A DNA stretch of 64,000 nucleotides. Source: Eledone cirrhosa (taxonomy: Eukaryota). Shown in pieces: positions 54,600 through 64,000 of this stretch; within the stretch, counting starts at the first letter, position 1, and every line of letters begins with the position of its first letter. Where the stretch lies: positions 1,798,001 to 1,862,000 of the forward strand of contig OZ024743.1 of NCBI GenBank assembly GCA_964016885.1, given 5' to 3'. The notes beneath the pieces were generated by a model. It was not told where the DNA came from and did not search any database. It saw only the letters and a list, made by a program, of their open reading frames with translations. A program made the position numbers and the translations under genes.

Positions 54600-54925
54600 A
54601 GGCGCATGGCTTAGTGGTTAGATAGAGCGCCGGGATTACAACCGTGAGGATGTGAGTTTGATTCTCGGACCGGGCTGTGTGTAGTATTGTTGAGCAAGAT
54701 ACTTTATTTCACGTTGCTCCAGTTTACTCAGCTGTAGAAATGAGTGCCAAGCTGTATCGCCCTTAGCCTTTCCCTGGAAAGGTGGGATGGACAGGGGGAG
54801 ACTGATATGCATGGGCGGCTACTGGTCTTCTACAAACAACCCTGCCCAGACTTGTGCCTCGGAGGGTAACTCTCTAGGTGCAAATCCCATGGTCATTAGT
54901 GAGTGAAGGGGTCTTTACCCTTATC
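54600..54925 (+). mobile_element. tRNA-derived SINE family B
   Basis: A-box TGGCTTAGTGG, B-box-like GAGTTTGATTCTC, TTGAGCAAGATACTTTATTTCACGTTGCTCCAG core. Confidence 0.85.
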
Positions 54926-55119
54926 AGCTAATGTATATTTTGGAAAATTTCGCTTCGCCATTTAAGTCTCTGGTTCAATCGCACGACATGGCATTTTTTA
55001 CCATAACATCGGGTCAATCCATGACTTGTGAGAGAAATTGGGTAGACGGAAACTGTTTGGAAGCCTGTCAGATGAGCTGTGCATGTAATTCGAAGTTTCA
55101 ACATTATCACACGTACTAT

Positions 55120-55556
55120 GACATATTGAATCTCCCTTAGAATTACGTTAAGGGTTCATGTATTCTATGGAATACTCAGCCACTAACACTATGATTTCTT
55201 ACTTAGGTCAGCAATTTTGGGGGAAAGGGAAAGTCGATTAAATCGACTCCATTGCATGACTGGTACTTTATTTATCGACCCCATAAGGATGAAAGGCAAA
55301 ACTAGCCTCGACAGGATTTGAACTCAGAACGTAAAGGGCCGTAATTCTATGCCGCGAAACATGTTGCCCGACACTCTACCGATTCTGACAATCCACCGCC
55401 CTAGCCACTAACACTATAATACAAGGCTAGCCTTGTTACACTCATTGTGTCAAGTTGAATCTTCCTTAGAATTTCATTAGGGCTACACGTGTCTGTGGAA
55501 TACTCAGCCACATAATACAAGATGGACTGTAGCTATAATTCTCAGGGCCAGCCTTG

Positions 55557-55602
<46 letters not shown>

Positions 55603-55680
55603 AGTCATGCTCAACCTCTCTTAGAATTACGTTCAAGGTACACGTGTTTGTGGAATGCTCAGCCACTTACACATTAATTT
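55120..55680 (+). repeat. three nearby copies of a ~65-bp SINE-tail motif (TTAGAATTACGTT..ACACGTGTCTGTGGAATACTCAGCCAC)
   Basis: Copies near 55125, 55455 and 55610; the same motif occurs inside the SINE at ~63075-63130. Confidence 0.7.
55193..55402 (-). mobile_element. SINE family A with 15-bp TSD
   Basis: AGCCACTAACACTAT at 55178-55192 and 55403-55417. Confidence 0.9.
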
Positions 55681-56020
55681 CATTCGTTAATCGAACCCGT
55701 GGCCTGTTGATTGCGAAGCGAGTTTCTTAACCATTCAGCTACATGTAATGGTGGCGCTCTGTAATATGCAAGGATTAGGAATGTTGCATTTGTTAATTGA
55801 TAGCTCCGCCTTAACCAAGCCGACCATTCCATCCATGGCCATCCCAACTTTTCAGACATAGTATATTTCAAATGACCTTCCTATTTTTTTCAAGGATGTG
55901 ATTTGAGATGCTTGGCTGGTATTTTTAGCAGCTTGAACGGCTATAAAGTGGCTACTGGATTGGTTCCTATAGATTATGGTCCATACGTTATGCTAAGTAT
56001 TTTATCATTAATGGTGTTGA

Positions 56021-56632
56021 GGGCGGTGGATTGGCAGACTCGGTAGAGCGGCCGACAAAATGTGTTTGCGGTATTTGTTCCCGATCTTTACGTTCTGAGT
56101 TTAAATATCGCCGGGGTCAATTTTGCCTTTCATCCTTCAGAGGTCAATAAAATAAAGGACCAGTCAAGTCTGGGCTCTTTCCACCCTCATTGCTGAGGGT
56201 CATGGACCATGAACAATAGGAGTTTATATGATGCTGTCTGTCCATAATTCTCATCTGGGAGGGGGCTATCGAGCTATAAAGCTCATCCGACTTCATCACA
56301 ATGATGAAGCTATTGGCTACATAAGCACTGTCTACCCCCCCCCTTTTACACACTATTGGTTGGCCATTGACTCTCCTGAGTCCTCCACCCTTTGACAGGT
56401 TTTGTTTTTCATTTCATAGGGAGCCCCAAAATCACTCTCCTCACCACACAAACTTGGTGGAGTTGCCGGTTTAGTCGTCGACAAATCGAACCATGTGACA
56501 GGTTGTACTGGGTTACGTGTTACCAGCAGCGCTCGAGAACGACCTGACATCTCCAGTCATTTACTGGGGTCGATATTGTCGACCTTCCGCTCCCCATAAA
56601 TTGTTGGCCTTGTGCCTAAATTAAAAAGAATT
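56021..56632 (+). mobile_element. SINE family A split by a 386-bp insert (56167-56552)
   Basis: Head and core at 56021-56166; the tail resumes at 56553. CCAGTCA is duplicated at both junctions. Confidence 0.8.
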
Positions 56633-56644
56633 ACTAACATGTTG

Positions 56645-56960
56645 AGGGCGGTGGATTGGCAGAATCGGTAGGCGCATGGCTTAGTGGTTAGAGTGTCCGG
56701 CTTACAATCGTGAGACTGAGTTCGATTCTCGGACTGGGCTTTGCGCTGTGTTCTTGATCAAAACACTTTATTTCATGTTGCTTCAGTTCACTCAGCTGTA
56801 GAAATGAGTTATGGCGTCACTGGTGTCAAGCTGTATCGGTCTTAGCCTTTCCCTTGGACAACATCGGTGGTGTGAAGAAGGGAGGCTGGTATGCATGGGC
56901 GGCTACTGGTCTTCTACAAACAACCTTGCCCGGACTTGTGCCTCGGAGGGGAAAGGGTCT
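56645..56960 (+). mobile_element. chimeric SINE: 26-bp family A head + family B body
   Basis: GGCGGTGGATTGGCAGAATCGGTA is fused to GGCGCATGGCTTAGTGGTTAG; the unit is flanked by TTACTAACAT(T)GTTG on both sides. Confidence 0.75.
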
Positions 56961-57389
56961 TTACTAACATTGTTGCATTACTGACGTCGTAGTATTTCTT
57001 TTTATCATATTTCTGAAAATTTCTCCTTCCACCAACGATACCTCGAATACGTGGATTAAAACAGATATTTAAGAACATCCTTTGATACATAACAGTATGA
57101 AACTGTCCATGATCCTACGATACAACACTATTTTATATTGTTTATATTTACCTAAAAACCTTTCAATATAATCTGATATAATGGCCTTTTGTTATATTAC
57201 AAATACTATCTTATGATTAAATGGAAATAAAAAAAAAATTGAAATAATTGATTCTTTAGTAAATCCTTGTAAATTCTTCATTACTAAATTGAATTATTTT
57301 GTTTGTTAGAAATATGGACACAAAACGGTTAAATGGTTGAATAAGAAAGAGTCTGATGATTTAGATGACAACCATTTAAAAAGAGCAGC

Positions 57390-58560
<1,171 letters not shown>

Positions 58561-58789
58561 GTTGTGCAGAACAACGTGCAATCAGGTAAATGAAGTGAAA
58601 AAAATAGGGTGGCTGTGACATGTGGGCGTTTTGGTCTATTACGAAGAGGAATATTCTGTCTTGGAATTGGAAAATGTCTTAAGAATAAATTGGTTGAATT
58701 AAGTACGTGGGTGGTGGGATATATTCCGAGAAAAGACCTCTGTTAGCAACGCTACCGTTGTCTTCCCACGTAGACTCATCTGGGAAAAT

Positions 58790-59886
58790 ACACACTTATG
58801 CACACTGACTTACAAACATACACAGAGGCATATATAGACATATATAGACATACATATACATACATATACATACATATACATACATATTCATACATATTCA
58901 TACATGTTCATACATGTTCAGACATATACAGACATACATATACAGACATTCATAGATGTACATATACATACATATTCAGACTTATTCAGACATATACAGA
59001 CATACATATACATACATATACATATACAGACATTCATAGATGTACATATACATACATATTCAGACAGATTCAGACATATACAGACATATAAAGACATTCA
59101 TAGATATACATATACATACATATTCAGACACATACAGACACACATAGACACACACATAAATTCAATAACACACACGCAAACATATACAGACATACATAGA
59201 CATACATAGACATATACAGATATATACATACATACATACATACATACATACACACAGAAATACATAGGCATATTGACATACACACAGGCTGTCATACACA
59301 CAGACATACACAGACACACAGACCGACACACACGCAGACATACACACACGCAGACGTATACAGACATACATAGACATACATAGACATACATATTCAGACA
59401 TACACAGACATATACAGATATATACAGACATACATACATACACACATAAATACACAGGCATATTGACATACACACAGGCTGTCATACACACAGACCGACA
59501 CACACGCAGACATACACACACATGTAGACCAGTATATATACATACACACGCATAAACAAACAGACCTACAAACATGCACACACAAACACAAATACATACA
59601 CACACACACACATACACACACACACATATGCACACATTCGCATACAGATATACACACAGGCATATTCACGCAGACATACACACTCAGGTTTACACACAGG
59701 CATACACACACAGACATACACACAGAGACATACACAACAAAGGCATACACACAAAAAACATACATACAGATATACACACACACATACACACAAGCATAGA
59801 CATATACACAAATACACACACACACACACATATTACACATCTACTCATACACAAACATATACACACATGCACATAAACACAGAGAG

Positions 59887-59950
<64 letters not shown>

Positions 59951-60040
59951 ACAAATACACCCACACGCAGAAACACCCACAAACATAGATACACACATAA
60001 ACGGTCATACACACATATAAACAAACACAGACATATACCT

Positions 60041-60083
<43 letters not shown>

Positions 60084-60177
60084 TATATCCCCCCCCACAG
60101 AGACATATATACACACATACACACATACACACACACACCGGCATATATTCCCCCCACCCACACAAAGAGACATATAT

Positions 60178-60218
<41 letters not shown>

Positions 60219-60330
60219 TATACCCACCACCCACGCACACATATAAACAAACACAGACATATACTCCCTACACACACATAAACAAACACAGACATATGCC
60301 TCCACACACACACACACCGACATATATTCC
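58790..60330. repeat. degenerate CA/CATA low-complexity block with local duplications
   Basis: Direct reading. Confidence 0.9.
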
Positions 60331-61340
60331 CCCCACCCACACAAAGAGACATATATACACACATACACACACATACATATACCCACCACCCACACACACA
60401 TATACACAAACACAGGCATATCCTCCCCCACACACAGAGACATATATACACACATACACACACATAGATATACCCACCACCCACACACACATATACACAA
60501 ACACAGGCATATCCTCCCCCACACACAGAGACATATATACACACATACACACACATACATATACCCACCACCCACACACACATATACACAAACACAGGCA
60601 TATCCTCCCCCACACACAGAGACATATATACACACATACACACACATAGATATACCCACCACCCACACACACATATACACAAACACAGGCATATCCTCCC
60701 CCACACACAGAGACATATATACACACATACACACACATACATATACCCACCACCCACACACACATATACACAAACACAGGCATATCCTCCCCCACACACA
60801 GAGACATATATACACACATACATACACAGACATATACCCATCACCCACACACACATATACACAAACACAGGCATATCCTCCCCCACACACAGAGACACAC
60901 ACACATAGATACACAGACATATACCCATCACCCACACACACATATACACAAACACAGGCATATCCTCCCCCACACACAGATACACACACACATACACACA
61001 CAGACATATACCCATCACCCACACACACATATACACAAACACAGGCATATCCTCCCCCACACACAGAGACATACACACATACACACACAGACATATACCC
61101 ATCACCCACACACACATATACACAAACACAGGCATATCCTCCCCCACACACAGATACACACACACATACACACACAGACATATACCCATCACCCACACAC
61201 ACATATACACAAACACAGGCATATCCTCCCCCACACACAGATACACACACACATACACACACAGACATATACCCACCACCCACACACACATATACACAAA
61301 CACAGGCATATCCTCCCCCACACACAGAGACATACACACA
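60330..61340. repeat. 91-bp/87-bp minisatellite (about 11 copies) built from CA-rich sequence
   Basis: CAGGCATATCCTCCCCC at 60413, 60504, 60595, 60686, 60777, 60868 (period 91), then 60955, 61042, 61129, 61216, 61303 (period 87). Confidence 0.93.
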
Positions 61341-61525
61341 CTGGCTATTCTGTGTGTAGGCGTTAAAGCAACGATGAGAAACATTCTCATACAAATCGTT
61401 AAATCCTAGAAATATATTTCACAATATTGATTTTGGAATTTAGACACAAGGTCAACACATTTAGGGGAAGGGTAAAGTTGATTAAATCAACCCTAGTATT
61501 TAACTGGTACTTTATTTTATCAATC

Positions 61526-61704
61526 GGTGGTGTGGCAGTATCGGTAGAGCGTCAGACACCATGCCTTGCAGCATAGTTATGGGCCTTTGCGTTCTGAGTT
61601 CAAATCCGGCCGAGGTTAACTTTGCCGTTCATCCTTACGAGGTCGATAAAATAAAGTACCAGTGGTGCACTGGGGTAATCGCTGGTCTTGTGCTAAAAGT
61701 AGAA
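61526..61704 (+). mobile_element. SINE family A with 17-bp TSD
   Basis: ACTTTATTTTATCAATC at 61509-61525 and 61705-61721. Confidence 0.9.
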
Positions 61705-61777
61705 ACTTTATTTTATCAATCTTGAGGAATAGAAAGTAAAGTTCACCACGGTGGGAATTGAACTCATGACATTGAGA

Positions 61778-61959
61778 CAGCACCGGATTTAGGATAAACG
61801 TGGCTCTTAGCTAGTTAAGTTATGAGGCCCCTTACTTGGGCCCTTAAGGAGGCAGGCCCGATAATAACTTTTTTTTGGCAAGAAGATGCCACCCGCCCTC
61901 CTGGCCAGCGGGGCCCTGTGTTTAAGCACACCCTAAGCACAGTGGTAAATCTGGCACTG
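61778..61959. mobile_element. hAT-like MITE
   Basis: Imperfect TIRs CAGCACCGGATTTA / TAAATCTGGCACTG with internal GGCCC motifs; it interrupts a SINE. Confidence 0.65.
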
Positions 61960-62044
61960 CAGAGCACTGAAAGCAATATTACAAAGCACATCGTCTGATG
62001 CTTCAACAGTTCTGCCAATCTACGTTCGACATCCCCTTTAAAGT

Positions 62045-62440
62045 AATGGTTTATGATTTAAGCACAGGGCTAGCGATTTTGGGGAGGGGAAAGTCGATTA
62101 TATCGACCGCAGTGCGTTACTGGTACTTTATTTTATCGACCCAGTAAAGATGAAAGACAAAGCTAACCTCGTGGGATTTGAACTCAGAACGTTGAATGAC
62201 GTAACGTTGAATCCGTAAAGCATGTTGTCTGACGCTCTACCGATACTGTCAATCTACCACTATCAACTATAAAATAATGAGTTTTAGTTTATGCACAAGG
62301 CCAGCAAATGTGGTACTTTATTTTATCGACATCGACCACGGAAGGATGAAAGGCAAAGTTGACCTTGGTGGGATTTGAACTCATAACAAATACCGCAATA
62401 ACATTTTATTCGACGCTCTGCTAATTCTACCAATCCACCA
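62045..62440 (-). mobile_element. two further SINE family A copies (62045-62260, 62285-62440)
   Basis: TGGTACTTTATTTTATCGAC..GATGAAAG.CAAAG..GGATTTGAACTC occurs twice. Confidence 0.85.
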
Positions 62441-62919
62441 TTCTTTTAACAAGTATTAAGATGCCAAATATCGATATAAAAATAGCTGCAGTTTCGGAGA
62501 CAATAGCACAACAATTCCGTTGTGTGTGTATACATATATATATATAAGCATATCTGAAATTGTGTGAGATTTGGCGATCTTGATTAGAATGTGCGTGGGA
62601 GTTAGAAAGTAAGGCCGGTGAGACAGAGTGGAAAAGAGAGAAAGGATACGTGAGAAGACGGAGAGGGAGAGGGAAGGGGGGGTACGAGAGGAGAGGGAGG
62701 GGGATACGAGAGGAGAGGGGGGGAAGGAGAGAGAGAGAGAGAGAGTGTGTGTACGTAATTTTGGTTTGGTTCCAAATTCCAAAATGTCTTAATCATTAAC
62801 TACAGAACTCTTGTCCTGACACAGATATAAAAGAATCAATAAATAAAGCTAGCAAAGTTCGCTTGTCGTTCTTTGTTGGTTGTTAGTCTCAAAGCTAACA
62901 TGTCTAGTTTATGCGGAAA

Positions 62920-63200
62920 GGCGCCTGGCTTAGTGGCTACAATATTCGACTCACGATCTCAAGGTCGTGAGTTCAATTCTCGGCTGCACGTTATGTCCTT
63001 AAGTAAGACATTTTATTTCATATTGCTCTAGTCTAATCAGCTAGCAAAAGTAAACTGTCATATAGTGTGTCACGCTGAATCACCATGAGAATTATGTTAA
63101 TGCTACACGTGTCTGTGGAATGCTCACCCAAATGCACAAGCAGGATGATCTGTTGTTCGAACAACTGGAACACATCGTCGGAGCCGACGGAGGTCCAACA
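62920..63200 (+). mobile_element. tRNA-derived SINE (family B head, alternative tail)
   Basis: GGCGCCTGGCTTAGTGG, GAGTTCAATTCTC, TCCTTAAGTAAGACATTTTATTTCATATTGCTC. Confidence 0.75.
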
Positions 63201-63269
63201 ACATGTCTAGTATTGATCCACTAACCCTTTCAATACTGATAAAATAAATAGTTTGTTTTTAATTGAAAA

Positions 63270-63298
63270 CTAGACTACCCGTGACCCGTTGGGTCACG
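63270..63298 (-). mobile_element. Helitron 3' terminus (element extends rightwards)
   Basis: Minus strand: perfect hairpin CGTGACCC-AAC-GGGTCACG, 6 nt, CTAG, then T. Confidence 0.75.
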
Positions 63299-63518
63299 TT
63301 CACTTGAAAATATTTTAAAAAAATCATTTTCACTTAAAATAATTTTGAAATGATTATTAAAATATACATAGACAAGTATATTATGTAAACTGAAATTCGA
63401 AGGCCTATATATGTGTGTGTGTATATTATATACATATGTGTGTGTATATATATATATATATGTGGGTGCCTGTGACCTATATACACTGGTCACAGACACA
63501 CACACACATATATGTATA

Positions 63519-63557
<39 letters not shown>

Positions 63558-64000
63558 TATATACACATACACAAAATTAGAAACACTTCCTATTTAGCAG
63601 AAAATATTCGCTACACATCCTGTCCTAGTACAAGTTATATGATACATATAACTTAATGTTCAGTCATCAAATTAGCTAGATACAGTAATGCTATATTCGA
63701 TTCTTTGAAGTCAGCTGTTATAATTTCATCCAACAACACCATTTTCCATTTTCCATTTTCTATCTTTGTCTCCTTCTCCCCATCTCCCCCTCTCTTTCAA
63801 TCTACTCTCTCATAACCACTATCTCTTTCTCTCTATCTTCCTCTCTTTCTATTTATGAAGGAACCCGGAAAAACCGCGTATCTCGAGACCCATGCTCTGA
63901 TTTATGCGAGACTTGTTTTATTCCATTTGTTTTCCCATTTCAGGAGCAACTTCCTTTCAAAGTATTTTCCCATTAGGCGCCGTTTTGGCTGTATTAAATA

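Larger units (their letters stand above)
61430..62022 (-). mobile_element. SINE family A interrupted by two younger insertions
   Basis: Pieces at 61430-61525, 61705-61777 and 61960-62022 rejoin into one minus-strand SINE. Confidence 0.75.

Noticed and set aside
54600-54675. tRNA gene (also at 56671 and 62920)
   Set aside because: A/B boxes are present but there is no full cloverleaf, and each continues into a shared SINE body.
56968-57113. Minus-strand open stretch containing RGIVGG (trypsin-like activation site)
   Set aside because: The following residues do not fit a serine protease N-terminus (no PWQ/CGG); short and likely chance.

Overview
Eukaryotic, AT-rich, microsatellite-dense repeat DNA. 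The SINE families look like those I recall from octopus or other coleoid cephalopods (inference, not database-checked). Bases 1-~34,956 are one 39-bp tandem satellite of about 900 copies, open at the left edge. Its unit is a 20+19-bp dimer, it shows kb-scale higher-order duplications and a more degenerate distal layer, and its giant ORFs are side effects of a stop-free 13-codon unit. The remaining 29 kb is transposon debris. It holds a Penelope-like retroelement (RT + GIY-YIG, one in-frame stop) with inverted terminal repeats, further Penelope fragments, a frameshifted Tigger/pogo DD32D transposon, a deleted mariner, an RLE-endonuclease LINE remnant, two Helitron 3' ends, MITEs and many tRNA-derived SINEs. 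The most notable signal is four type I hammerhead ribozyme motifs within 41.5-47.8 kb, on both strands. All share a palindromic CAATTG stem III, and the two intact sequence types have unusually long (61-81 nt) stem II domains. No host protein-coding gene can be called confidently.
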